Shown piece by piece: positions 36,240 through 45,639 of a stretch of 64,000 nucleotides of DNA. A program made the translations under genes and the position numbers. Below the pieces are notes generated by a model that was not told the origin of the DNA, searched no databases, and saw only the letters and a program-made list of their open reading frames with translations. Source of the stretch: Candidatus Pelethousia sp. (GTDB lineage Bacteria > Bacillota > Clostridia > Christensenellales > CAG-138); contig JAYFPE010000016.1 of NCBI GenBank assembly GCA_034928145.1, positions 6,953-70,952 of the forward strand. Direction: 5' to 3'. The first letter of the stretch is position 1. Each line of letters starts with the position of its first letter.

Positions 36240-36683
36240 TTAGCGCCCCTCTTCGTAATACGAAATTTTCTCAACTCTTTTTTGATGCCTGCCGCCGAGG
36301 AAATCGGTGGAGAGGAAGACCCGTACGATCTCCCTGGCAAGTTCAATGCCGATGATGCGGCCGCCCAGGGCCAGCATGTTGGCGTTGTTATGTTCACGGG
36401 TGAGCCGGGCGGTCAGCGGATCGCCGCAGAGGGCGCAACGGATACCGCGCACCTTGTTGCAGGTGATGGAAATACCCACGCCCGTGCCGCAGATGACCAC
36501 GCCAAGGTCCGCTTCCCCAGCGGCCACAGCCTGGGCGCAGGGGAGGCCGTAATCCGGATAATCTACGCTATCCGGCCCGTTGCAGCCCATATCCACGGCT
36601 TGGTGGCCCAACTCCTCGATGAAGGGGATGAGCGCCTGCTTATATGCGTAGCCGCCGTGATCCGCCGCAATGGCGATTTTCAT
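36240..36683 (-). CDS. rpiB: ribose-5-phosphate isomerase B
   Basis: MKIAIAADHGG...VICGTGVGISI...REHNNANMLALGGR...GGRHQKRV. A hairpin GGGGCGCT / AGCGCCCC overlaps the stop codon. Confidence 0.9.
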   Translation of the reverse strand: MKIAIAADHGGYAYKQALIPFIEELGHQAVDMGCNGPDSVDYPDYGLPCAQAVAAGEADLGVVICGTGVGISITCNKVRGIRCALCGDPLTARLTREHNNANMLALGGRIIGIELAREIVRVFLSTDFLGGRHQKRVEKISYYEEGR

Positions 36684-37117
36684 TCGGATTCGTTCCTTTC
36701 TGATAAACTTTGGAACAGCCCGTCCAGGCTGCGGTCGATCTGCTCCGCCGCACGATCATAGATATCTTGGCCGGATCCATAAGGATCCATTATATCGTGC
36801 TTGTCCAGCGTGTCAATGGACGCCTGGGGATATTGCTTTTTCAGGGCCTGCGCTTGGGCGGCCGTCATGCATAGCACCAGATCCGCTTCGCTGATGATTT
36901 TACCGTTCACCATGCGGGCGCGGTGGCCGGTCATCTCCAATCCCCGGTTATGAAGGGCGCGGCGCGCGCCGGTTGAAAGCGGCTCGCCGGCCGCCATCAG
37001 GCCCGCGGAAGCAGCCTGCCAGGGCAGGCCCAATCTTGCGGCCCGCTGGTTAAAGAGGGCCTCGGCCATGGGGCTGCGGCAGGTATTGCCTGTGCAGATG
37101 AAGAGCACCCGCCTCAT
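36680..37117 (-). CDS. low-molecular-weight protein phosphatase (YwlE-like arginine/tyrosine phosphatase)
   Basis: The P-loop is VLFICTGNTCRSPMAE. It overlaps its neighbours by 4 nt. Confidence 0.85.
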   Translation of the reverse strand: MRRVLFICTGNTCRSPMAEALFNQRAARLGLPWQAASAGLMAAGEPLSTGARRALHNRGLEMTGHRARMVNGKIISEADLVLCMTAAQAQALKKQYPQASIDTLDKHDIMDPYGSGQDIYDRAAEQIDRSLDGLFQSLSERNESE

Positions 37118-38160
37118 GATTCATCCTCCAGATACTGAAAGCCGGCGGAGCGAAGCAGCCGATTCATGTAGGCAAGGCCCATTTCCCGCTCCGGCAGAGC
37201 CTCGCAGTAGAGGATATCCGCCTCGTCGCCATAGCGGCGCAGGGCCGCGAAAAGATTGGCGCAGAGGGTGGCCGGATTTTTTCTATCGCCTATTATAGCA
37301 TACTTGCGCTGGCGGTAAAAGCCCTGCGTTTGCTCGGTGGCAAAAATCATGCAGGATTTTCCGGCAAGCACGGCCAGGTCATAGGCGGTGCAGATGCGCT
37401 CGGCCGCCTGCCTAGGGCTGCCGGCGGCGATCAGCACCTGCGCGTTTGGCGCATAATGCTTGTATTTCATGCCCGGGGACGCAGCGGTTTCCCCTTCGCC
37501 CAATGGTTCCAAAACTGCGCGGGCCACTTCTACGGGGCCGACGACAGCTTCCAACATTTCTCGGGTAATTCCGCCAGGACGCAGAATGGTCGGCGAGCCG
37601 ATCAGGGAGAGAACTGTCGATTCCAGGCCCACCCTGCAGGGGCCGCCGTCGATAATTATATCGATCTTTCCATCGAAATCGGCCTTCACATGGGCTGCGG
37701 TGGTGGGGCTGGGCCTGCCCGAAAGGTTGGCGCTGGGGGCGGCGATGGGCACATCCGCAGCGCGAATCAGGGCCAGGGCCGTTTTATGCTCCGGCATACG
37801 GATGGCTACGGTGGAGAGGCCCGCACTCACTTCATCCGGCACCTTAGAGCCGCGGTTAAAGACCAGCGTCAGCGGGCCGGGCCAGAAGGCGTCCATCAGG
37901 AGGCGGGCCTCCTCGGGCACCCGAAGCCACAGGTCCTTCACATCGCTTTTTTTTGCTACATGCAGGATCAGGGGGTTATCCGCCGGGCGGCCCTTGGCCT
38001 CGAAGATGCGGCGCACGGCCTCGCCATCGAGCCCATTGGCCCCCAGGCCGTATACGGTTTCCGTAGGAAAGGCGACCAGCCCGCCCGCCCGGATGATGGA
38101 GCCGGCCAGGCGCGTGCCGTTTTCTTTTTGTGTGGTTGCGTTAAAATACTGGGTCTGCAT
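37114..38160 (-). CDS. tsaC: L-threonylcarbamoyladenylate synthase (Sua5/YwlC long form)
   Basis: The YrdC-domain motifs FPTETVYGLGAN and KGRPADNPLILHV are followed by a C-terminal Sua5 domain (348 aa total). Confidence 0.9.
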   Translation of the reverse strand: MQTQYFNATTQKENGTRLAGSIIRAGGLVAFPTETVYGLGANGLDGEAVRRIFEAKGRPADNPLILHVAKKSDVKDLWLRVPEEARLLMDAFWPGPLTLVFNRGSKVPDEVSAGLSTVAIRMPEHKTALALIRAADVPIAAPSANLSGRPSPTTAAHVKADFDGKIDIIIDGGPCRVGLESTVLSLIGSPTILRPGGITREMLEAVVGPVEVARAVLEPLGEGETAASPGMKYKHYAPNAQVLIAAGSPRQAAERICTAYDLAVLAGKSCMIFATEQTQGFYRQRKYAIIGDRKNPATLCANLFAALRRYGDEADILYCEALPEREMGLAYMNRLLRSAGFQYLEDES

Positions 38161-38249
38161 GGATGATGCGGTTCCTCTCAGCAGCCCGCCTCGAATCGGG
38201 AGAAGCTTTCATTATATAATAATGATGGCGCTGCCGTTCTTTTTTATTT

Positions 38250-39320
38250 TTAGCCCTGCTCGCCGGAAAGCTGGGCCGCGCGCTCGGCAATGATCAGCGC
38301 GTCGATCACCTCGTCCATATCCCCATCCAGAAAGGACTCCAGGCGGTAGAGGGTGAGATTGATGCGGTGGTCCGTCACCCGGCCCTGGGGGAAGTTATAG
38401 GTGCGGATGCGCTCGCTGCGGTCGCCGCTGCCCACCATAGAGCGCCGCGCGCCCGCCTCCTTAGCGTCCTTTTCACCTTGATAAAGCTCCAGAAGGCGGC
38501 TTTTGAGCACGCGCATGGCCTTATCCCTGTTTTTCAGCTGGCTGCGCTCATCCTGGCACTGCACCACCAGGCCTGTGGGCAGGTGGGTGATGCGGATGGC
38601 GCTTTCGGTCTTGTTCACGTGCTGGCCGCCCGCGCCGCCGCTGCGGTAGGTATCGATCTGCAAATCCTTCGGATCGATATCCACCTCCACATCCTCGGCC
38701 TCGGGCAGCACGGCCACCGTGGCGGCGCTGGTATGAATGCGGCCCTGGGATTCCGTTTCCGGCACCCGCTGCACCCGGTGCACGCCGCTTTCGAATTTCA
38801 TGCGGGAATAAGCGCCGCGGCCGGAAAGCGAAAGCACCACTTCCTTTACGCCGCCTATCTCCGTCATATTCTCATTCAAAAACTCGCTCTTAAAGCCGTG
38901 GCGCTCCGCGTAGCGCTGATACATGCGCAAAAGATCCGCCCCAAAGAGGGCGGCCTCGTCACCGCCCGTGCCGGCCCGTATTTCGATGATCACGTTCTTG
39001 TCATCATTGGGATCCTTGGGCAGCAGCATGATCTTGAGCTGCTCGGTAAGGGCTTGGGCCTTTTCATGGAGTTCGCTAAGCTCGGCATGCACCATTTCCC
39101 GCATCTCGGCGTCCAGGTGCTCGCCCAGCATGGCTTTGCAATCCTCCGCGCTCTGCATGGCCGTGGTATAAGCGTCGAACACGGTCACGATCTCTTCCAA
39201 TTGGGCGTGCTCCTTGACCATGGCGCGCCAGGCGGCCTGGTCGCTCATGGCGTCCGGCCCGCTCAGGGCCCTGGTCAGTTCGTCATAGCGGGCCTTGATA
39301 CCCCGTAGCTTGTTGAGCAT
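38250..39320 (-). CDS. prfA: peptide chain release factor 1
   Basis: The GGQ motif is [24 protein letters not shown], and [14 protein letters not shown] is an RF1-type tripeptide region. Confidence 0.95.
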   Translation of the reverse strand: MLNKLRGIKARYDELTRALSGPDAMSDQAAWRAMVKEHAQLEEIVTVFDAYTTAMQSAEDCKAMLGEHLDAEMREMVHAELSELHEKAQALTEQLKIMLLPKDPNDDKNVIIEIRAGTGGDEAALFGADLLRMYQRYAERHGFKSEFLNENMTEIGGVKEVVLSLSGRGAYSRMKFESGVHRVQRVPETESQGRIHTSAATVAVLPEAEDVEVDIDPKDLQIDTYRSGGAGGQHVNKTESAIRITHLPTGLVVQCQDERSQLKNRDKAMRVLKSRLLELYQGEKDAKEAGARRSMVGSGDRSERIRTYNFPQGRVTDHRINLTLYRLESFLDGDMDEVIDALIIAERAAQLSGEQG

Positions 39321-39326
39321 AGTATT

Positions 39327-40148
39327 TTATCCTTCCAGTAAGATCACGCGGTCCCGGCCGCAGATATCTTGGATCATTTCGCCCCCTTGAAAAAGCGCGC
39401 GAACCGCTTCCCCCTGATCAAAACCGATCTCCAAGGCCAAGAGGCCGCCCTTTGCCAGAAAGGGGGCGTACGCCACGGCGAGGCGGCGGTAAAAAGACAG
39501 GCCGTCCGGCCCGCCGTCCAGCGCCAGGCGCGGCTCCTGCAGCACCTCGAGTTGGAGGCTGTCCACCTCCGCGCGGGGGATGTAGGGCGGGTTGCAGCAA
39601 ATGACATCAAAGGTTTCGCCCGGAACCAGGGCCTCAAACAGGTCGCCCCGGGCGACGCAGATATCCACGCCCAAGCGCGCGGCATTGCGCAGGGCCAGGG
39701 CCAGGCAGGCGGGGCTGATATCCGTCAGCGTGGGCAAAAAGCCGCCCAGCTTTGCCAAGGAAAGGCCGATGCAGCCCGTACCGCAGCCAAGGTCGAGCAG
39801 GCGCAGGCCGTTGCCCTTGGGCCGTCTTTGCAGCACGGCCTCGCAAAGGGTTTCCGTATCCTGCCTGGGGACAAGAGCTTCGGGGCCCACGAAAAACGGC
39901 AGGCCCATAAATTCCCACTCACCCAGGATATACTGCAAAGGTTCGCCGGCCAGCCGCCGCGACAGCAGGGCGGCGAGGGTGGCTTCCCCCTCGGCCGTCA
40001 TGGAGGCGCCATAAGGCGGGCTAAGATGGAGAAGGCCCAAAGCGCCCGCCAGCAGTTGCCGGGCCTCAAAGGGGGCCGCTTCCCCGACGAGGGGCCGCAG
40101 GGCCGCTGCGGCCTCGCTGATAGCTTCGTAATGGGGCCGCATGGTCAA
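39327..40148 (-). CDS. prmC: release-factor glutamine N5-methyltransferase
   Basis: The SAM motif is LLDLGCGTGCIG and the catalytic motif is NPPYIP. It is adjacent to prfA. Confidence 0.9.
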   Translation of the reverse strand: MTMRPHYEAISEAAAALRPLVGEAAPFEARQLLAGALGLLHLSPPYGASMTAEGEATLAALLSRRLAGEPLQYILGEWEFMGLPFFVGPEALVPRQDTETLCEAVLQRRPKGNGLRLLDLGCGTGCIGLSLAKLGGFLPTLTDISPACLALALRNAARLGVDICVARGDLFEALVPGETFDVICCNPPYIPRAEVDSLQLEVLQEPRLALDGGPDGLSFYRRLAVAYAPFLAKGGLLALEIGFDQGEAVRALFQGGEMIQDICGRDRVILLEG

Positions 40149-41131
40149 ACACCGGGCACAGGCTCGGGCGCGGGAGCGGCTTTATCCGCTCTGTGCGCCG
40201 CTACCTTGGCCTGGGCCTCCTCCTCGGGCAGCATCGCCAGGTCAAAGGCCGCAATGGCCACTTCCAGCATATCCGCCGTCGGTTCCTTGGTGGTAATGTA
40301 TTGCAGAGCCATGCCGGGCGCGCGGATGATCTTGGTGAGGAGGTTATCGTACTTGGCCGCAAAGCGCAAAAGCTCATAGCTCAGGCCCGCCACCAGCGGC
40401 AGGAAGAGGAGGCGGCTCAAAAGCCGAAGCCATATGTTGGAATTCCATCCGATGGCAGCGAAAAAGAGGATGGAGACCGCCATTACCAAGAAGAGGTAAT
40501 TTGTGCCGCAGCGGGGGTGGAGCCGGGTATGCCTAGATGCGTTCGCGGGGTTGATCTCCTCCTCGGCCTCATAGCAGGCGATGGTTTTATGTTCCGCGCC
40601 GTGGTACATAAAGATGCGCCGCACATCCTTGACGCTGGCGCAAAAGAGGATGTAACCCACGAAGATCAACAGCCGCACCAGGCCCTCGGTGAGGCTCTTG
40701 GCAAGGGGTGTGGCGGCCAGGCGCGAAAAGATGGCGGAACTGATCAGCTGCGGCAGCAGGAAGAACAGGCCTAAGGATAGGATCACGGCTAGCACTACGG
40801 CCAGGCCCATGACTACCTTTTCCACGGATTTGCCAAGCTTTTCGCTCAGCCAGGTTTCAAATTTACTGGGCTCTTCATCAAAGGCCTCGCCGGCCATTTC
40901 TGCCGATTTGGAAAGGGTGCCCATGCCTAGGGTGAGGGATTCCACAAAAGCCACCACGCCCCGCACGATGGGCAGGCCTAAAAAGGTGCCCTTTTGCGCT
41001 TTGCTGGAATAGGGCGTATAATCCAGCGCGATGCTACCATCCGCCTCCCGTACCGCCATGGCGATACCGGTGGGGGATTTCATCATCACGCCTTCCATGA
41101 CGGCCTGGCCGCCGACGCTGCATTTTTTCAT
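40145..41131 (-). CDS. DUF1385-family membrane protein (YqhQ-like)
   Basis: VGGQAVMEGVMMKSP...YHGAEHKTI...HPRCGTN is the signature I associate with DUF1385. It has the usual position upstream of prmC in Firmicutes. Confidence 0.8.
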   Translation of the reverse strand: MKKCSVGGQAVMEGVMMKSPTGIAMAVREADGSIALDYTPYSSKAQKGTFLGLPIVRGVVAFVESLTLGMGTLSKSAEMAGEAFDEEPSKFETWLSEKLGKSVEKVVMGLAVVLAVILSLGLFFLLPQLISSAIFSRLAATPLAKSLTEGLVRLLIFVGYILFCASVKDVRRIFMYHGAEHKTIACYEAEEEINPANASRHTRLHPRCGTNYLFLVMAVSILFFAAIGWNSNIWLRLLSRLLFLPLVAGLSYELLRFAAKYDNLLTKIIRAPGMALQYITTKEPTADMLEVAIAAFDLAMLPEEEAQAKVAAHRADKAAPAPEPVPGV

Positions 41132-41387
41132 TTGCCTTGTTTCCTTTCAGGTCAGGCATAAAAGGGCGCGCCCTCCTATGCCATTTTATATTATACCACG
41201 AAGCGAAGCGAACAGGGTATAATCCGCGCAGGCGTTTGCCATAAGGGCAAACGCGCGCGTAAAATCCACCTATAACAGGCGTTCGCGCCTATTATAGCAT
41301 AGAAGATAGCGCCTTGTATTGCGGTAAATGTGAAAATGTATGGCAAGGCCGCCATTTTGGCAATACTAGCCACGAGGTGATTCGAGC

Positions 41388-42122
41388 ATGACGGATGATA
41401 AGAAAAACAAGTTCTCCCTGTATAAAGAAAAGACGCTGGCCTTCCTCAAGGATAAGGGCCTCTATGTGGTGGCCCTGATTTGCCTGCTGGTGATCGGCGG
41501 CGCTGCCTTTTTCGCCTATGTGCCGGAGGAAAGCGAAGCCGCCCGGCCCACGCCCACGCCGGCCCAGGTCTCCTACTCTACGGATGAGCGGCTTTCCGAG
41601 GCCGCAAACGCAACGCCTACTCCATCGCCCAGCCCATCGCCCTCGCCCACGCCGACTGCCACCGCAGCGCCCGCCACGCCCGCGCCTACCAAAAAGCCGG
41701 GCCGGGAAAAGCGCAGCGCGCCGGTTAAGGGCGCGCTGCAATGGGCCTTTGCTGCGGACGAGCTGGTCTATTCCGCCACCCTGCGCCAATGGATGACCCA
41801 TAGCGGCATCGACATTGCCGCGGCCAAGGGTACGGAGGTTTACGCCGTTTGGGGCGGCACGGTGGACGCCGTTTATGAGGACGATGCCCTGGGCGTTACT
41901 GTAGAGCTCAGCCATAGCGACGGCCTACGCACCACCTATGCCAATCTCGCCGCCGACCCGCCCGTAAAGGAGGGCCAGCGCGTGAACGCCAATGACCCCA
42001 TCGGCCAGATCGGCGCGACGGCCTTGGCCGAGTGCGCGGATCCTTCTCACCTGCACTTCGAGATCCATAAGGATGGCAAGGCAGTCAATCCGCTGGATTA
42101 TGTGCTGCTGATCGAGGAGTAG
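41388..42122 (+). CDS. M23-family metallopeptidase (peptidoglycan endopeptidase) with TM anchor and Pro/Thr/Ser linker
   Basis: The zinc-ligand motifs are HSGIDIAA and HLHFEIH. It has an N-terminal TM helix and a TPTPSPSPSPSPTPT linker. Confidence 0.85.
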   Translation: MTDDKKNKFSLYKEKTLAFLKDKGLYVVALICLLVIGGAAFFAYVPEESEAARPTPTPAQVSYSTDERLSEAANATPTPSPSPSPSPTPTATAAPATPAPTKKPGREKRSAPVKGALQWAFAADELVYSATLRQWMTHSGIDIAAAKGTEVYAVWGGTVDAVYEDDALGVTVELSHSDGLRTTYANLAADPPVKEGQRVNANDPIGQIGATALAECADPSHLHFEIHKDGKAVNPLDYVLLIEE

Positions 42123-42131
42123 CTTTATGGT

Positions 42132-42171
42132 AAAGAATGGTCCCCCGGCTTTGCCGGGGGACCATTCTTTT
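42132..42171. terminator. bidirectional rho-independent terminator
   Basis: A perfect 17-bp stem AAAGAATGGTCCCCCGG / CCGGGGGACCATTCTTT with a 5-nt loop lies between the convergent M23 and addA genes. Confidence 0.8.
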
Positions 42172-42201
42172 ACCCGGGATGCGGCCCGCTTTACACCCGC
42201 C

Positions 42202-45200
42202 TCACAGGCGGATGCTCTCGCCGCTTCTGAGAAGAACGATATACCGCTCCTTCACCGCAAGACCCGTGAGTTCCCAAAGGGCGCGCGCATAGTGGCTGAG
42301 CTGGGGCGCATGGCGCTGGGCCGCGGAGGCGGATTCGCCTTCTTCGGCATAATCCGTTTTATAATCCAACAGCACCCAGGCCCCGTCCTCTAAGAAGCAG
42401 CAATCGATCACGCCCTGCAGGAGGACGGTTTCTTCGGATTCGCCCAATTCAAGCGCACGCGCGGGGATATGGCAGTTGAAGGCCCATTCCCGCTCCACCC
42501 GGGAAGCGGCGCAAAGGCGCCGGCCCAGCCCACTTTGAAAAAAGGCGGCGATGGCCGGGGCGTAGATGGCCTGGCGCTGGGCAGGGGATAGGAGGCCCCC
42601 GGCTTCCATATCATCGAGCGCGGCGCGCACGGAAGCGGCCGTGTGAGGCAGCAGGGGGATGTGTTCCATCAATGCGTGCGCGGCCATGCCCCGCTCTGCG
42701 GCGCTCAGCGGCCGTTTCTCCTGCAAAAAGAGCGGCGCGTCAGCCAGCGCGGGCAAGTTGCCGATGAGGGCCGAAACCGTTACCTTGCTGGGCAGCTTCG
42801 TATCGCCCGCATAAGGATAGACCCAGCCCAGCCGGGCGGATAGCGCCGCGCAATGGTCTGCGCGGGCGGCTTGCGCAAAGGCGCGGTAGCCCTCCGGAGA
42901 GAGGGCGGCCTCTCCCTCGCCCGGGCGCACGCCTTCGTGGAAAAAGCAGCGTATGCCCGTAGCCGCCCGGCCAGCGGCCGCGGGCGGCAGGTGCAAATAG
43001 GCGCGCAGGCCGTTCCCCTCCGGCCCGGCGAGCACGGCGGGCAGCAGCCAATCCCCAAAGGAGAGGGCCAGCAGGCTGCGGGCCGGGGTGAGGGGCGTGA
43101 GCGCCTTTTGCAGGGCCGCTTCGGGCTTTGGCAGGGCGAAAAGCAGGATGAGGCGCTGCTCCGCCCTGGTCATGGCCACGTAGAGCACGCGCATCTGCTC
43201 GGCCACGGCCTTCTCCCAGGCGCGGCCTGCTATGGCCCCGTGAAAAAGGCTGCTTTGGCGGGTGCTGCGCACCACCGGCTTGAATCCGAGGCCCAGAACC
43301 GGGTCCATTACCAGCAGGGCCCGCTTATCCGCCTGGTTGAATTGCTTGCCCAGCCCTGCGAGAAAAACCACCGGGAATTCCAGGCCCTTACTCTTATGGA
43401 TGGAGAGGATGCGCACCACGTCCGCCCCGCCCACCTGGGCCGCGCCCATGCGGCCGGTATCCCGAACCCTGTCCATAAAGCGCAGAAAGCCCGCCAGGCC
43501 GTGGCCGGTTTGGCTCCAGGCCTCGGCGCTTTCGATGAGCGCATCCAGATTGCCCTTGCGGGCGGCCCCCCCGGGCAGGGCGCGCACGAAACGGCCATAG
43601 CCCGTTTCCTCTACCAAGAGGCCGATCAGCTGGGGCAGGCCCAGAAGGCCCGCACTTTCCTGCCAGCCATCGAGGCGCGCCAAAAAGTCGGCGGCGCGCT
43701 TCCCCAAAGGGGTATCGTAGGCAGCGGCCGCAACCAGGGAATCAAGGCAGCTCTCGCTCTGGCGGCCCGCGCGCAGCTCGATCAACTCCTCGGTGCTCAT
43801 AGCGCCGATGGGGCTTCTTAATACGCTCAACAGCGGAATATCCTGCCGCCGGTTATCAAGGAGCCGGAGGAGATTGAGGAGCACCTGCACCTCGATGGCG
43901 TCGAAATAGCCGCCGGTCAGCTCCGCGTAAGCCGGCACGCCCTCCCGCGCCAGGGTCTGCACCCAAAGCTCGGCAATACGCTTGGGCGCGCTGTGCAGGA
44001 TTACCATATCCCGATAGCGCAGCGGGCGGCCGTGCGGGCCGTCGCCGCCCACCAACTCGCGGATGCGGCGGGCAGCTAAACGGGCCTCGGCCTCGGCGGC
44101 CTGCAAAAGCTCCAGCGCGTCTTCCTCCGCCCCTTCTTCATCTTCCGCCAGCAGGGCCTGCTGGCGCAGGATGTGCAGCTCCACTTCGCCCAAAAGCGCC
44201 AGGCGGCCCTGCCGCAAGGCTGCGTCCGCATCGTATTCAACGCCGCCGGCTTCCTGCCGCATCACCTGTGAAAAGAGGCCGTTCACAGCCTCGATCACGC
44301 CGCTGCCGGAGCGGAAGTTCGAGGAAAGATCGATGCGTTTGCCACCTTGCCCTTGGCCGAAGCGGCTGTATTTTTCTAAGAACAGCCCCGGCTCCGCCAT
44401 GCGGAAGCCATAGATCGATTGCTTCACATCCCCCACCAGGAACATGTTATCCGGCCCGGAAACGGCCCGCAGGATGCATTCCTGCACGGGGTTGATATCC
44501 TGGTATTCATCCACGAACACATGCTGGAAGCGGCCGCGGTACTCGGTGGCGATGGCGGGCTTATGCAAGAGTTCGAGGGCCATATGCTCCATATCCGCAT
44601 AATCGACCAAGCCGCCCTCCTGCTTGCGCTGTGCGTAGCGGCTGTGGAAGGCCAGCATCCAATCGCGCAAGGCTTCCATTTGCGGTTTCATGGCCGCAAG
44701 CCGCGCCGCTTGCTCGCTTAGCGGCAGAGCGAAAGCGGAGGATAGCCTGGCCACTTCCTTTTTAACTGCCTCGCGCGCGGCCTTGACCGGCTCTTTCACG
44801 CCATCCTCCGCGCCCCGGGGCCAAACCAGACGGCCAAACTTGATGCTTTGCAGCTGGGCTGCAAAACCGGGGTAGGTATGGGGCAAAAGCAGGGCGCGAA
44901 GCTGTGTGAGCTCTTCATCCAAAACGCGGGCCGCGCCCGGGAATTCCTCTGCGATATCCTCGCGCAGTGAAGATAGCGCGTCGACCCGCGCGGCTACGCC
45001 GCGCCTGGCGGATGTCAGGAATGCGGCTAGCTGGGGGGAGGCGGCCAGCCTGGCCTCATCAACCGCATAAGCGGCTACGGCCTGCTCGAGCCAGGCGGCC
45101 ATGTCCGGCTGGGCGCAGAGGAAATCATAGAGCCGGGCCGCGCTCTCCAGCAGGGCTTCCTCGCTGCCAAAGGCCGCGACCAAACCCTGCAAGGTCCCCT

Positions 45201-45639
45201 CGGCATAGCCTTCTTCCAAAAGCTCATCCCAAACCTCTTGCCTAAGAACCTCGGCCTGGGCCTCATCCGCGGCGCGGAAGGCCGGATCCAGCCCGGCGGC
45301 GTGGAAATGCCGCCTGAGCACATGGGCGCAGAATGCGTCGATGGTGGAGATGCTGGCCTGGCCCACCCCGGCGGCGGCGGCATTGAGGCGGGCGGCGTCT
45401 TCGTCATCCGCCGTTTCCTGCGCCAGCTGGGCCAGGCGGGAGGCGATGCGCTTTTTCATCTCCGCGGCCGCCGCTCGCGTGAAGGTGACCACCAAGAAGC
45501 GGTTCAGGGGGCAGCCGCCGGCTACCAGCGCGGCGATGCGCTCTGTAAGCACGGCGGTTTTGCCGCTGCCCGCAGCCGCGCTTACCAGCAGAGTGCCCTT
45601 CGCTTCGATGGCGCGGCGCTGCTCAATCGTCCATTCCAT
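42202..45639 (-). CDS. addA: ATP-dependent helicase/nuclease subunit A
   Basis: UvrD-type helicase motifs (VSAAAGSGKTAVL, VDEYQDINP) and a C-terminal RecB-type nuclease (GVIDCCF...LLDYKTD). ATG at 45639 was chosen for RBS spacing. It overlaps the addB end. Confidence 0.9.
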   Translation of the reverse strand: MEWTIEQRRAIEAKGTLLVSAAAGSGKTAVLTERIAALVAGGCPLNRFLVVTFTRAAAAEMKKRIASRLAQLAQETADDEDAARLNAAAAGVGQASISTIDAFCAHVLRRHFHAAGLDPAFRAADEAQAEVLRQEVWDELLEEGYAEGTLQGLVAAFGSEEALLESAARLYDFLCAQPDMAAWLEQAVAAYAVDEARLAASPQLAAFLTSARRGVAARVDALSSLREDIAEEFPGAARVLDEELTQLRALLLPHTYPGFAAQLQSIKFGRLVWPRGAEDGVKEPVKAAREAVKKEVARLSSAFALPLSEQAARLAAMKPQMEALRDWMLAFHSRYAQRKQEGGLVDYADMEHMALELLHKPAIATEYRGRFQHVFVDEYQDINPVQECILRAVSGPDNMFLVGDVKQSIYGFRMAEPGLFLEKYSRFGQGQGGKRIDLSSNFRSGSGVIEAVNGLFSQVMRQEAGGVEYDADAALRQGRLALLGEVELHILRQQALLAEDEEGAEEDALELLQAAEAEARLAARRIRELVGGDGPHGRPLRYRDMVILHSAPKRIAELWVQTLAREGVPAYAELTGGYFDAIEVQVLLNLLRLLDNRRQDIPLLSVLRSPIGAMSTEELIELRAGRQSESCLDSLVAAAAYDTPLGKRAADFLARLDGWQESAGLLGLPQLIGLLVEETGYGRFVRALPGGAARKGNLDALIESAEAWSQTGHGLAGFLRFMDRVRDTGRMGAAQVGGADVVRILSIHKSKGLEFPVVFLAGLGKQFNQADKRALLVMDPVLGLGFKPVVRSTRQSSLFHGAIAGRAWEKAVAEQMRVLYVAMTRAEQRLILLFALPKPEAALQKALTPLTPARSLLALSFGDWLLPAVLAGPEGNGLRAYLHLPPAAAGRAATGIRCFFHEGVRPGEGEAALSPEGYRAFAQAARADHCAALSARLGWVYPYAGDTKLPSKVTVSALIGNLPALADAPLFLQEKRPLSAAERGMAAHALMEHIPLLPHTAASVRAALDDMEAGGLLSPAQRQAIYAPAIAAFFQSGLGRRLCAASRVEREWAFNCHIPARALELGESEETVLLQGVIDCCFLEDGAWVLLDYKTDYAEEGESASAAQRHAPQLSHYARALWELTGLAVKERYIVLLRSGESIRL